Below are positions 1 through 13,064 of a stretch of DNA of 64,000 nt, piece after piece. A model generated the notes under the pieces. It was not told the DNA's origin. It did not search any database and worked only from the letters and a program-made list of their open reading frames with translations. The first letter of the stretch is position 1, and every line of letters begins with the position of its first letter. The DNA comes from Phoronis australis (lineage: Eukaryota > Animalia > Phoronida): positions 49,331 through 113,330 of the forward strand of contig NMRA01000338.1 of NCBI GenBank assembly GCA_002633005.1, read 5' to 3'. The position numbers and the translations under genes were made by a program.

Positions 1-1334
1 TAGAAGCACCCTTTTTACGCAATCTCAGATTCAGTTGGCGCGGCTGCAAGCCATTTCACCATGTATTTAAAGGGCTCGCGAAATCGAGGCTGTTAATCTA
101 TCACCACTAGTACACGCACGCCCTCTAGTTATTGAAGATTTTCCGAATAGCCCCATTGTGAAACATGTATTTCAGGTGGCGCTGTAAGGTTATCCGGATG
201 TGTGACGTGTGCGTTTAGCCAAACTCACTCTCCGATTCTGTGTCTACCTGTAAGCGCTAGTGTGCGTTGTATGTGATGTTTTCAATCGATAAAAGGGTGG
301 CCGTTGAACATACAGGACCACTCATATTGACTTGTTGTTTTTTTAGCAATCCCATTACATTATCCAGCGGTAGGAGAAAAACTTTAAAGATGTTCACACG
401 ATTTTTGTATCACAGACTCCAAATAAACCGCGTGATCATATTTTGCTAAAATTTTCACTACAGTGTAATAAAATGACAACAAAAGGGTGATGATACAAGT
501 AATCGAACGGCGCGATATCTTTCACTCCTTACTTTCAGCTCACCTGTCTCATTTTACATTTATTACTTTCAGTTCATGCTCCATAAAATGAATGTATACG
601 AGTTTTTATGTGAGTTGCAGATATTCAATGACGCCCATGCAGTTATGTTTGTTATATTTTGCTTACGTGTATGTTTTATTCTAATTGATAATCGCAATGT
701 ATTGCAAATGATGATGAAATTGTGTCTTTGCAGTTATGCACGTTTGGTTACGCATTCCTGTTTCACGGGCTGATGACGTATACATGTGTGAAACAAAGCT
801 GTGAATAAATCTGACATCCATATTCAGTGCACTTTAATTACCGTTTTTATGAAATGTCTGCCATTACACTGTGTACAAGTGAATTGTAAACATTATTTAA
901 CAGAGGAGCAGCCACTCGTCCGATGTGCACTAGTCCGAAGGTGCACTGGTCCGAAGGTGCATTAGTCCAAAGGTCTGCTGCCTGTACTCCGCCACTGCGT
1001 GGTTCATTATGCACTTTTCTGAAAGACTGCATTGTTGTGAACTGAATCCATAAAAAACGAAGTATGCTATTACCTGATACATTGCGGCAAGTGCAGTGCT
1101 GCACTCGAGTTACACTGTGGAAACTTTCCGTTTCAGCGTGGTTTTAGTGCCAACAATCAATTTTTCGCAAAGATTAGTAACGATGCAAGCCGAATGTGCG
1201 AAAACATTCGATTGGTTGTCATCGGACGACTCTTAGAATTCGAAATTTATTACCAATGATCAAATCAATCTTGTTACCGTAGTATACATTCAATCATATG
1301 TGTGCCTTCAAAAATATTTGCTTTTCAAAAATGC

Positions 1335-1899
1335 AACATTTTTCATGTCATTTTTAGTAAAACATAAGGTTATCCCAGACATATTTTCCCTTAATTACAG
1401 CTTTTCGTAATTTAATCAAGTATTTGGTCTCTGCTCCGGAAGTGACGTTGTGGGAGGCAAGAATTTCGGGCAAATTTCTTTTCATTTAGTCTGACTGTGA
1501 GAGCTGTCGAGTCATTCATTGGTCTACCTCGGTTTTGACAAGTTCGGTCGTCGTTTGCTTTTGTTTACGAGTCAGTCAACAAGCCACACTGTTGCTGTAC
1601 ACAGGGAAGTACTCATTATCGCCCAGAGCCAGTAAGCAAGGCTGCTGCGACGTTTAGTAGTGGGAGTGAATGCAGGCCTAGTTCCACACCTAGTGAAGAA
1701 GACCGTTCGTCGTTCAATGAACAGATCGGTGAACCAAGCTTTGAAAAGTTTTTTGTGAAGTTATCTAAAGTATTGGAGCTTTTTAGAAGGTGCCAAGTGT
1801 GTGGCGAGGGTCACACGGCAGATTGTGCTCAGGTCACTATCCAGTGGGAGTGTGACGCGGGACATTCGGGCAAGTGGGACAGTTGCTCCTCTGTCCGTG
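1335..1899 (+). mobile_element. Second, more degraded copy of the 20.5-kb Kolobok family (left TIR plus transposase piece, THAP deleted)
   Basis: 1335-1600 aligns by eye to 20481-20755 and 1625-1899 to about 21210-21485; shared peptide CQVCGE...AQVTIQWECxAGHSGKWDSCSSVR. Confidence 0.8.
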
Positions 1900-2659
1900 A
1901 GTCTCCTTCACACCTCTTTCATACCAGTTTTTTCCTACTCAAGTTTTCAACATTATCGCAAAAATCTTAACCGTCGGCATTTAAGTGCACTGTATGTAAA
2001 CTTTTTCTGCCAACCCATTTAAGGGCGCGAGACGCTCGCGAGAACGCCTTAACATCCAGTTGATCAGATTTCTTTTTGTTATGACTACAAACTTTCTTGG
2101 ATGGATAAAAACTTACCTTTCAATACATTAGATATTTTCTTTTTCAACAAGAACTCTTTGAGTACCATGATATCAAGGAAAAAAGTCATGTTCACTAAGC
2201 CAGATATTCTGTATCCTATGTAAGGGACTCTGCGAAAACGAGGGAGAGAAAATATCAATCAATGCAACTACTGTTTCAGTATACGCCATGCGATTGGTTA
2301 TCTTTCACTGAAGCGTGCATGCAAAGGTGAATTATACTAATTTACATTTTTAGGCTTCTAATATACATAGACTTTTCCCTCATAAGGACTTTGTTTGGTC
2401 CACTTACTCGGGATAACACGAACAGAGTGAGAAATAGTGATGGAATTGTGATGCATTCTCTACAAACTCTCGTTGGCTTTTGGGACATCGGGAGCCCCGT
2501 CTAAATTGAATATAATTTACAGAAAAAAGATTTTTATTTTTTTCAAACTGTTTTGTACCAGGGGTTTAAATTTTACCTGTTCCATGATGAGATTTTTTCA
2601 ATAAATTGCATAGAAAATCATCAACAACGTATAACATACAAAACAATTCAGAGAAGAAA

Positions 2660-2800
2660 CAATTGTCGGAAAATTGGGTTAACTGTGGGACTATTTGGTT
2701 GTCGGAATGTTGGGAAATTGTCGGAACAATTGGCTGTCAGAACAATAGGTCGTCTGAATCATGGTCTGTCGAAAAATTGGCTTATCGTTATATTGGGCTG
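2660..2800. repeat. Degenerate ~16-bp minisatellite (TGTCGGAA core)
   Basis: Repeated tgtcggaa(a/c/t)...tgg units. Confidence 0.7.
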
Positions 2801-3039
2801 TAAACACGCAAGGAATATTTGAAGCCCCATTTCGCACGTGCAGGAAACCCGTGTATTAGTTTTCGGAGGATGGTTATATTCGGTAGGTAGGCGTCTTAGC
2901 CACGAAGTACCATGTATTATTGCGTGTAGAAAAAATATGGAAAGACACCCGGGTCCGATATCCTATACATTTTGGACTAGTTCACGTTTGGACTACTGTC
3001 ATGTAACCATTAATACAGTATTTTGAATGTACATCAGGC

Positions 3040-3400
3040 ACAATAGTCTAGCTGCCAAAAAGTTGACCCTGCAATGTTGTTTACTGTAAATTTTTCTTTT
3101 GGAAATTTATTATATGTGGTTAGGCGAATAAAATTAACTCGGTTGCACTTTGTGCAACTTTGAGCATTTTTTATAATTCAAGATGGCGGCTTCCGCCATC
3201 TTGAATTTCGCCTAATTTCCACACTCTGATCATGACGCCATGTAGGATCCTGCCATTTATTGTTTCCAATGTTCTTTGGGACGGAGAGTCCATTTCTGAT
3301 ATTGTTTTATGGATGCAAGGTCAAAGTCAAGGTCAAATTAGAGGTCAAAGGTCACGTTGAACTGAAACAAGGAAAATTCATCTCTTTTGCGCGACGAAAT
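3040..3400. repeat. Helitron/Helentron-associated repeat fragment
   Basis: Hairpin aattcaagatggcgg...ccgccatcttgaatt and repeated ggtcaa units. Confidence 0.45.
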
Positions 3401-4694
3401 GTTAAATTTATGGGAGATGCGAAATTATCATTTAAGTGATTCCATTATATCAAGAATAAGGGATAGCTAAATACTGGAATAAGATATCCTCCCAATATCT
3501 CAATAACTAGTTTAAAATATTGTTGTACCAGACCTACGCATGCCGCTCTGAGGAAAGTCCATCGCACTGATCACCTTGGACCATCTTTATACTTTATTAA
3601 TTGAGACAAAGCCGAGGATCTAGGGACTTCATTCAAGTGACCAGCACTGTGCCCCGTGTGACTCGAAAACACAACCTTGAGTAGAGGAAGGACGCTATGC
3701 CACACTGCCTCCTCATAGTGACTAGGGGTATGTGTATAGATTACGTGTAATCCGTGCAGGGTTCTGTCACATCCTGGTGGCTTTGATACCTCTCCACTAC
3801 GAATAAATACCACAGTTTTCCTTTGCCTCACAAATTGGATGTTCTGTTCTGAAGCAGTCGTCGTGTAACTCCCCAGAACTATTAGTCGCACTTGCTCCAA
3901 AGTTTTGAGAATTGACAACCTTAACAAACCATTAGTTCATTTTAAAGATTCAAACGAGCAAGACGAAAATGGTATCTGCCATTGAGCAAAAACTGAGTTA
4001 TTTTTATTTCAGGACAAAGTTGCTGATGCCGAAATTCGGCTCACTGTGATATACTGCCGATAGTGTGAAAGTTGCATCTACTGCGCACTAAAGCTACGCT
4101 GAACGCTACAAAGTTGCTGTAGCCAAAATTAATGAGATTTATGGCACTCTGACATAAATCCTATTATTTGGGCAAATACCATTATAGAGCCCTTCATGCT
4201 TCATATCCAACTCCTGGTTAGTTCCAACCAAGTCCGATGGTTGCGCTGTTTGTTCTTTCTCTCCAGCTTCCTGTTGGCCCAGCCTCAAGCAACAGTACAT
4301 TCACTCGTAAGTTTTCCTAATTAGACAAGTTTATACCTCTCCCGCCCTCCCTACCCGGGGTACCACAAAATTTCACGTCAACCGTTTTCTACCTTTACCA
4401 CGCTCCATCCCTTTTGCCGAACAAAATCTGCTGTTGGTTATTGTTGTTTTTACAGCCACTGCTGGTACCTTCTTCAAGCCCGGAGCGTGTTACCGTCAGG
4501 CAAGAACCGACGTCATTGGCTAGCGACCAGACCTGTACTTGAGCGTCCATTACTGCAGCTTGCTTCTCTCCACCCCGGTCACAGCTCTCGGCACATACTG
4601 AGCCACAACACCACGTTCCTTACAATATCTCTTTTTATCACTCCGGCTGGTCTGCTCACTCAGCTTGTCCGGAACCTGCTTTGCAGGTTGTTAT

Positions 4695-4862
4695 AGCCCA
4701 GTTGGCTGTTTGGTGTACCCACTTGGTACTTTATATGATATTTGCCCATTTGGCAGTTTGTACCCACTTGGTACTTGTTATTGAATTTGCCGCTTTGCTC
4801 GACCCAGTTGGTAGGCAATCGGCCAATACCCATTTGGTATTATGTACCCATTTGGTACTATG
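4695..4862. repeat. Degenerate minisatellite (TACCCA(C/T)TTGGTA core)
   Basis: About 7 copies of ccca(c/t/g)ttgg(t/c). Confidence 0.7.
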
Positions 4863-5059
4863 CTAACCTGTGCCACTTAGTATCCGATACTCAGTTACAC
4901 TTTGGGTATCGGAAATGTGTGTGTTATCTCTTGTAATTAAGGAACCCATCTGGTTCCTTCTGTGAAATATTTATTTGTAGAGCTGTGACCCTGAAATTCC
5001 CAATACAACTTAAAATATTTATTATTCTTGTTGTTTTATTTGTCCCCAATAATTCAAAA

Positions 5060-6326
5060 TTAATTTTGGATATTACTGTTCATGACACAAAAATTACGTT
5101 AATACGTATTGTCCAAATAGGCACTCGCCGTCCTTTTTTGAAAGAATAAAACAAGATATTCAGGATATAGGAAATTACTCTGTTATTTGGGCAGGCGATT
5201 TTAATCTTGCTCTCGATCAGTCTAAGGACACGCTTAATTATCGACAGGTTAATAACCCGAAGTCACGGATTAAGTTGTTGGAGATTTGGACAGAATTGTC
5301 TATTGTTGATGTGTGGCGGGAACTAAACCCCAGTAGTAAAGAATATACTTGGAGAGCTGGAAGTAACGATCCAGACTAGATTTTTTTTTCTAATTTCTGA
5401 AAACCTTTTAGCTGATATTGACGACTCCATAATAGAATTCGGTTACCGGTCCGATCATTCAATGGTAACGGTTTTTTTAAAGTGATGTTTCCAGGAGGAG
5501 AAAATCATTTTGGAAGTTTAATAATTCTCTCCTAAAAGGCTCTGAGTATATTGCTGCAGTAAAGAATACTATTAAATTAGTTAAACAACAGTATATGACA
5601 GACGACATTCAGACTGTTGATAGTACAAGTAATTCAGATTTACAAATGTCTATAAATGATCAACTTTTTCTTGAAACGTTGTCGATGGAGATTCGCGGCA
5701 AAACAATTTCCTTTGCAGCTTACTTAAAAAGAAAAAGTGATACAGTTGAACAGCAACTTATCAAAGAAATAAGCTTGTTGTAAAAAAGTCTAAGCCTTGA
5801 CAGGGAACTATTGGAACAAAAAATTAATCTACTTGCCGAGCTAAGACAAAATAAGTGAAGAGGTCTATGACTAGGTCGACAGCAAGATGGATTGAAGAAG
5901 GTGAAAAGCCTTCCCAATATTTTCTTCACTTGGAAAATAGGCATTACACATGTATGTAAGTTCATGCCTTTTTTTAGGAAATCTGACAATCCTAAACCAA
6001 TAGTGAAGAAGAGGTTTTTCAGGAAACCAAAACTTTTTATGAAAATCTATACAAATATAGACAGTCTAACAATACTTCTTAAAAAACTCTTCTTGATAAT
6101 GTTTGTGTCTCCAAGCTGAATGAGACAGAAAAAATTAGGTCTTCTTACATATGAAGAAGTCACCCAATGCTTGAAAAAATGAAAAACAACAAAAGCCCAG
6201 GCTCTGATGATTTTTCAGTGGAATTCTTTAATTTATTTAGGCTGACATTGGACATTTCGTTGTTCGCTCACTTAATACTGGTTTTGCTGTTGGCCAGTTA
6301 TCCTCAACACATACAGAGGGAGTGAT
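5060..6326 (+). mobile_element. Degenerate L1/Tx1-type non-LTR retrotransposon ORF2 fragment (AP endonuclease plus linker up to the start of RT)
   Basis: Broken frames contain GDFN, DVWRELNP...YTW, RLDFF, YRSDHS, WKFNNSLL, MEIRGKTI, ARWIEEGEK and KSPGSD; many stops and frameshifts. Confidence 0.85.
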
Positions 6327-6622
6327 CATAGGCGGATTTAGGGGGGCCCAGGCCCCCGCTTGACTGCTGCAAGCAAAAATGTAACAGCAACAGCGTGAAG
6401 CATGAGGAAATATTGAGTAAGCAAGTAGGACGCGGAGAAGGGGGTGCTCCAGATCAGGGCGTTCCCGCTTTTTTAGTCCACCTGTAGCTTTTCCGAACAG
6501 AAGGCTTACATACTCGGCTCCCGCAACTTCGGGCCTGAGCCGTACATACAATCGCGCTTTGCACAATTCCCCGGACAACGTGTTGCCCCCCCCCCCCCTA
6601 TGGTATCCTAGATCCGCATCTG
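6326..6622. mobile_element. hAT-like GC-rich MITE (GGCGGATTTAGGGGG end family); relatives at about 12826, 13876, 14880-14984, 16389-16549 and 31731-31892
   Basis: Recurrent termini cataggcggatttagggg... and ...cctagatccgc, with G/C runs. Confidence 0.6.
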
Positions 6623-9486
6623 CGGATATACTATCCATGGGGTGAAAGTTGCCTCTACTGTGCATTAAGGTACAATGAACGGTAATAACGGTTAACTTCA
6701 AAATAACATGAAATAATAATCAACAGTTTATTAAGCCTAATAACACCTCTGAAATGACTCCATTACGACCACAGCATAACCATATTAAACAAAAAGGTCA
6801 GCTCTTTTTCACGACTAGAGCATTTGTGAGGCGTCGCAAAATTTAATTAAATCAAAAAACAGGCTTGTGTGAAATGGGTTGTCCCAATATTATAGTCGTA
6901 TTGCCAATGCAGCAGCGCTCAAATAAGCTTCGAGTTTAAACATTGTATTGCTCATGGTGTCCTGGAGAACTTTGCTGTAATATGGATCACAGGGATTTAC
7001 TATCGTTCACTTTTTTTTCTGGAGAGCAAAACGAATTCAGTCCAGATTTCTGTTCATGGCTGAGCAAACTAAAAAGGTTTGCATCACGTAACACCCAGTT
7101 TTGGAGGTTACGACAGGCCATTGGTTTGCTCTATCCAGGCCCCAGGTCTCTGTTTCACGACTTTTAGGACATAAAGTTAGTGCACGTGCGTTCCCTCTTT
7201 ACAATTACTGAATAAATAAAGGTTTTACCCGTGATTAAGGGAACGGCGAGCGAAGAAATGTCTCCACGACACGCTAAAAGTGGCCCGTGAGAGGGGAATA
7301 TGCGTCCGCGAAAGGGGAATGGCTTACCTGAGAGAAAATTTAGGGCACGGGTGACTCAGAGTCCCGCGAAGACAGGAAGTGTCGGTGCCTTGTATCCGTA
7401 AAATTCAAATAAAACTCGGCAAAACTGTTGTGGATTCGGTAACCAAGTAGGTTTTGACGCCAGTTGGCAAGCGGTAGCCGCACGTGTTTGTCTCTACGAT
7501 ATTGGAAACTTATAGATTTAACGAACTGTGGAAAAGTAGTAACTTTTGTGCTCGGTGTACTACTGTAGTATGTCAACTAACATGGAGGGGTACGGCTTCT
7601 ATATTTCAACAACGTAGTGGAGATTTCTATTCGCAGAATTTTTCGAAAACTTTGTCGTTACTGCCACTTAATTGCCATGAAAATATTCGAGATATACTTC
7701 GAGGCAAATGCTGCAAATTGGTCAATTTTTTCAACCGAGCCAAGTATACATAATAATATTTGCAGCCAGATGTCACAGTTATCCACACGATGAGCCAACC
7801 CGACTTCTGACCAACAAATTTACGCAAATTGCATTGTGACTGACGTTAACAGTTAGCCAATATTCAAGCTTTTTTACATTCAGGTGGCCAGTTTTGCAAA
7901 AATGGAACACGCAGTGATAATAATGAGACGATGGTGTCAGAATTCTGTGAAATAAAATAGGCAAAACAGAAATTCCACACGTTACTCAGGCCTTCTACAA
8001 GCCCATTGCAACACAAAGTGTGTTCCAATTATCTTATATTTTGTCGGTATCAAATAAATCTTAAGAAGAAAATTTAAAAAATCTGAGAAACGGTTCCCTC
8101 AGTCTTAGACCAGAAGTGTGTTTGACAGACCAATGAATCTGTAATCGGTGTTTATAATTGCTGAAAGTATCAAAAATTAAAAGGCTTGAACGTGGTAACA
8201 AAGGTTTGAAGTTGTCTCAAATAACTTGCATATTTTGCAAGCAAGTGATAAGTTTAAAGAATTGTTATGGCTACGAATGAAAAAATAAAGACGTATTTCT
8301 ATACGAATCATTCAATACTTATTATATTATATACAAACTTGTTTTTTGGAAATAGTAAATATTTAATTATGTGTGAAATTGTAAAGCAGTTACCATATCA
8401 TATTTTTGAAAAACAAGGGCAACGAGTTTGATCCAACCTGACGTACTTAATTATTCATGTTTCAATATTTATTCCAGGTTCAGTGACATTTTAAGGCCAC
8501 TTCAAGCTGCAACATAGACAAGCTATGTTACTCCTTTCTCTTCCCTCAGCATGTTGTCCACACACCAGCAGTGCTGTAAGGCAGGCACAATGTACAAGCC
8601 AGTGGCTCTGGAGAAATGTGAATTGCAATACTAAGTTACCATACGAAAATGTACCAGTGGATTGTTTGTGTATGAAGAGGTACTATATCCGACTGCTACA
8701 CCAGCCAGCCTCATTGGTGAGGCCCTTTCATAGGCAATGAGTCATGTGTAGGCAACAAGGGCTTATTTCCTTTCCTGGAAGAAACATGAGGCGCTGAAGC
8801 TTAAGAAGATCTAGTAACACTCTGGTCTAGTTCAGGGTCAGATTTTGGGCACAAAGCGAGTCAAATGATATGATGTTGTGTTTACCTGCAAGGATTTAAT
8901 TGTGGACTTTACTGAGGCTGAATGATGTTACACGAAGGAAAACCACGTACAAAAACTGGATCTTTTTTACAAGCGCTTCTATAGACAGAGATCGTGTAAC
9001 TTCGTAATATAGTTTACAAAAAAGCCACAGGCTTTGCATACCGAAGTCCGCCATTACAGAAATGTCACAAATAAAAACAGAACAGCTGTTCAGTATAATG
9101 TTAGTGAGCAATTCCAAGTCGTATTCCTGGGTTATATAAGACCTGTGTTTTATCAAATACGTGATGTGACTTGAATTTGCTGTTTGTTTATTATTCTAAC
9201 TTAGGTTTTAATTATTTCAAATGGATCTGTTCCAGCGCAGGACATGTACTCTTTTGACTCGTTTACTTTCATGAGACTGAACTGTTCCCTGGAATCTATC
9301 CACACATGTTCTAAGCAGTACGACACAATGTTCACAGAAACATCCCAGAGCCAAATAACCATTCCCTAATATGGCAACATTGTTATGAATTTCTTATGAT
9401 TTCCCTAAGTTCTTAAGATTGTTTTTGTGAGTCACTTAGTTCAGTTGCACAACATTACTGTCCCGATGATACCCATATAAATTAAA

Positions 9487-12400
9487 TAGTCGGTGGGCCA
9501 GATTTTGTAGGGCCTCTAGAAAATGGTTTTTGTGAGTACTTTAGGGGGGCAATTTTATTTTGGTGTTTTTTAATTCATTTATTAGAGTGTTTTCAAAATC
9601 TAAAAAGTTCCCACATATAAAGTTGCACATTTTTGAGAAATTTGAGTTTGAAGTTACATAATAATCTCCAAAGAGCTTAGTAAACTTATATTTGTAAAAA
9701 CAACAGTTTTGGTGACTTTTTTGTAAAAAAAGTAATATGGTCCCATCAGTGCCATTGTATTGAACAATATTACACTCACATTACACGTTTTACTATTGTA
9801 AATTAATTGTAAACAGTGAAATTTAAAAAACGTAAAGAGACACCTAGTGGCAAAAATGCAAACTAAGTCTGAATGTTACTAGGAAGTTATTCTGGCATTG
9901 TCAGGCAACAAAAATAACACAAAACACTTGAGACTGGGCAAAATTTGTGCCTCAATGACTAAAACATTGACTAATGGTGTAAAATACAGCTTGTTTGCAT
10001 AATACACCAGAAATACGTTATAGTACAAAAACAATATAGTTGAATGATCTCTGTGAATGTGCACAAAGACTGTATGAAAATAATAGATTATTCTGACAGC
10101 GTTTATCAAGCAGTATGAGACAAATACATGACAATGATCAAAGTATGTACTTTCTATGACTTACTCAACAAATAAAATTAACTTTTTAATACAAAAAAGG
10201 AAATAACGGGGTTGGAGGTCTATTTAGGGTTGGCCTGTCAAAGAACTATCCAATGTTATGCAGTCAGTGTTGCTGATGTTACTACAGTTGTCACAGCTGC
10301 ACATTTCTGTACAGTTTGACCCAGCATTGCAGCACAAACTCAGTTTCCCAGCACACATGTTCTTTTTGCACTTGCAGCGTTCATCGTTTAGTACTGTCAA
10401 TGGAGATGCGGTCATTGCCATACATATTAACTGCAAAGCTCCACCGCCAAGGAGCCAACTATGGTCGATTAGAGAGGGTACAGCACTGCACACTGGTGAT
10501 TAGCCCGCAGGCAATGAAGGGTCAAACACTAAGTCCTTGTTTGGAGGCGGGCACTATTTGGGCAAACGTTTGATTCAAAATATGTTACAATGGGCTGTGT
10601 TAATTAGAGTCAGCAAGTGAATTATTGAACACTAGCCTCAATTCACTTTCGTATCTCTTAGTCAGGCACAAACTACAACAGTGAGTAGCTTCAACAATAT
10701 TTCTTAAGATTGCCTGTCCAAATAACTTCATGCACACCAGCTTTCTGAAGAACAGCTTCAAAGTCTTGCTTTATTTTTGAAAGGCAAATGACATCTCCAT
10801 GTGCTAGAAGCTTTGATTCAATGAACTCCAAACAAAACTGTAGAAAAACATCTCTGAAAACTGGGGATTCGTCACTCTCCACAATCTTTGTCTTTCTCTT
10901 TTTTACAGCATGATGATCTGTGGTACTTGGCTTCTAAGACACAAGGTCTTTATCTTTGAATTTCATTTGCATATTCAGGGCTCTGGACTGAGCTGTTGCT
11001 TGCGATACAAGTCCAACTGAAAAAAACCCGAACTGTTAACACTAATTTAACATTCAACTATGAGTGAGTTGGCATGCAACTTTTTCAGACGGACGTATCA
11101 GGAGCTGATCCACCACCAGCCTAACAAATTTACATGCCGTTTGACCTGTAGCCTAATAATGTTGATCGTCTAATAATTAGATCAGTAGATGCAGCTGAAA
11201 ATAAATCAGCTGATATACCTGTGCAGTGATTGAAATTTAATTTTTTTAAAATCAGATGCTCAAACCATAGTCAATCGATTTACACTTAAGGTAATCGACG
11301 TTTGACGAAATGGACAGTGGCTTCCATCGTCCTCAAATTTCGACGGCGACGATGGCCACTTAGGCACTTTAATTTAATTATCATTGCAGCTGCTACCTAA
11401 GTAATTAATGTTTACAAAAAATTGAGACTACGGCAGGGGATGACGGCCACTTGGGCATGTTGTTTGCAACTATCTACTCCATTTAACCTTCTCAAAAATT
11501 TTAGACTTAAAGTGCTTTAAAATCACACCCACAGTATAACGCCATAGGATTATCCCTTAGCGCAAGCAGTGTCGATGTGGCAACTGAATGGAGTGTTCGA
11601 AAAACAGGATTGCAGGAGTATTTGTTTAAACTGGGAACAAATGAAAACATTAACGACCTCCTCAGAGGCATCTCTCTACGCGGTACTTCTAAACTTATAG
11701 GAACATAATTTGCCGAAAAGTATCCGGCATATGAAGTACCTATAGTATGATCATCGTCTCTACTGGGTCAGCAGTATTGTCTAAGGCCTAGGCAGTCAAG
11801 GGGCTGAACAAGTTAAAAAACAACTGGTGATAATACTGAATCACACGTGGAAAACACCAAAATGTATTTTTAAAAAACACGTACCTGTTTTTGAAAGCTA
11901 TACTTCTTTCTCTTTCTTGAAATGTGGCCCATAATGTACTTTTCCTGCTAACAAATGATGCACTCATGTTTCAGAATGTTCCTATCTTGTTCAGGTTAAT
12001 TGGGTGTTTCAGATTTTGGAAGTGATTGATTTTCTTGGGAAATCTTGGATAACATCTGTATCACTTTCAGCAACTTCAGCTTTAGTACTACTGTTGGTGC
12101 CTTGAAACGTTGCTATGCCGTTCTATGTCCTTTCAATTTTCTGGTCTGACACTTGGTATTCTAGTCTATAGCACTCAGCAGTATACTGTGTAGGCTACCA
12201 GGGCATGCAGCTGTTTTCTGCACAAACGTTTGTGACACCTCTTCTTCTTTTTGATCTACTGATCTACAGAGTTCCACAGTCAATCAGCTTTCGTCAGGAA
12301 GCTTTCCTAAGCTTCTTTAGGCTCTGACATCACAATTTTGTGCTGTTTGATAAACCTTGAATTATACAGACATCACATTCCATGGGAGCAGCCATATTGA

Positions 12401-12653
12401 AGTAACTAAGCACAACAATACAATCTGGCTTTCTGATTGGTCATTTCAATAGAAAAGCGCCATCAAGTGGCAGGTATGTGCATCATATTTTGTGCAACAA
12501 AAACACCTTTTTTTAAAAAAATGTGCAAGTGTAGACGTGGGAACTTTTTGGAATTTGATTTATGGGTATATTATCTAGCCACATAGAAAAACCTAGGTTG
12601 CCCCCCCAAAGTACTCACAAGGGTGAACGCTATGAGATCTGGCCCACCGACTA
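9487..12653 (-). mobile_element. Degenerate Academ DNA transposon
   Basis: TIR TAGTCGGTGGGCCAGAT at both ends with longer imperfect extension; AAA 3-bp TSD. Minus-strand remnants: DLV..EAKYH near 10935, the 10691-10882 piece, and a C-terminal Cys8-like cluster (CKCKKNMC...CTEMCSCDNCSN, 10224-10493). Confidence 0.8.
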
Positions 12654-12659
12654 AAAGTA

Positions 12660-12828
12660 GTCCATTGAAAAAACGATGATTTGTACTGGACTTAAGAAAG
12701 CAAAGCTAGTTTTGTACAGAACAGACAATGACTTTATTCTCGTAGATGTGCCATGCAGTGAAAGCTTTGTTGAGCAAACTGTTGCACGGTTGTTTACATT
12801 TTACTTTCAGAAATTTACTGACTTCATC
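12660..12828 (+). pseudogene. Possible YqaJ/lambda-exonuclease-like C-terminal remnant (ISL2EU-type transposon relic)
   Basis: MICTGLKKAKLVLY...SESFVEQTVARLFTFYFQKF resembles the QM.CTG...F.....L..FY tail of transposon YqaJ proteins. Short and recognised by eye only. Confidence 0.4.
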
Positions 12829-13064
12829 ATAGGCGGATTTAGGGGGGGCCAGGCCCCCCCTCCTTGGCTGCCGCAAAAAATTAAAACAGCAAGAACGTAG
12901 GAAAAAGTTGAGTTTATTAATTAACCCCGGTAATTAACATTATACGGCGGAAACAAGATTTAAATGTGTGCAGTTTAAGTATGTTTGGGGGGTTGGGGGG
13001 CTCAGATCCAATTTCAAGTGTCAAATTCGGAACACGGCTCAATCGTAACGAAACTATGGCTAAG

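Noticed and set aside
915-975. Short spaced repeats (tagtccgaaggtgcac), also arrays at 2660-2800, 4695-4862 and 18200-18300, as a possible CRISPR array
   Set aside because: Eukaryotic context, adjacent degenerate units without unique spacers, and no cas genes.
3571-3927. 118-aa minus-strand ORF, and likewise 6237..6701, 15577..15945 and 19967..20386
   Set aside because: No domain motifs; several overlap repeats or use non-ATG starts; likely spurious.
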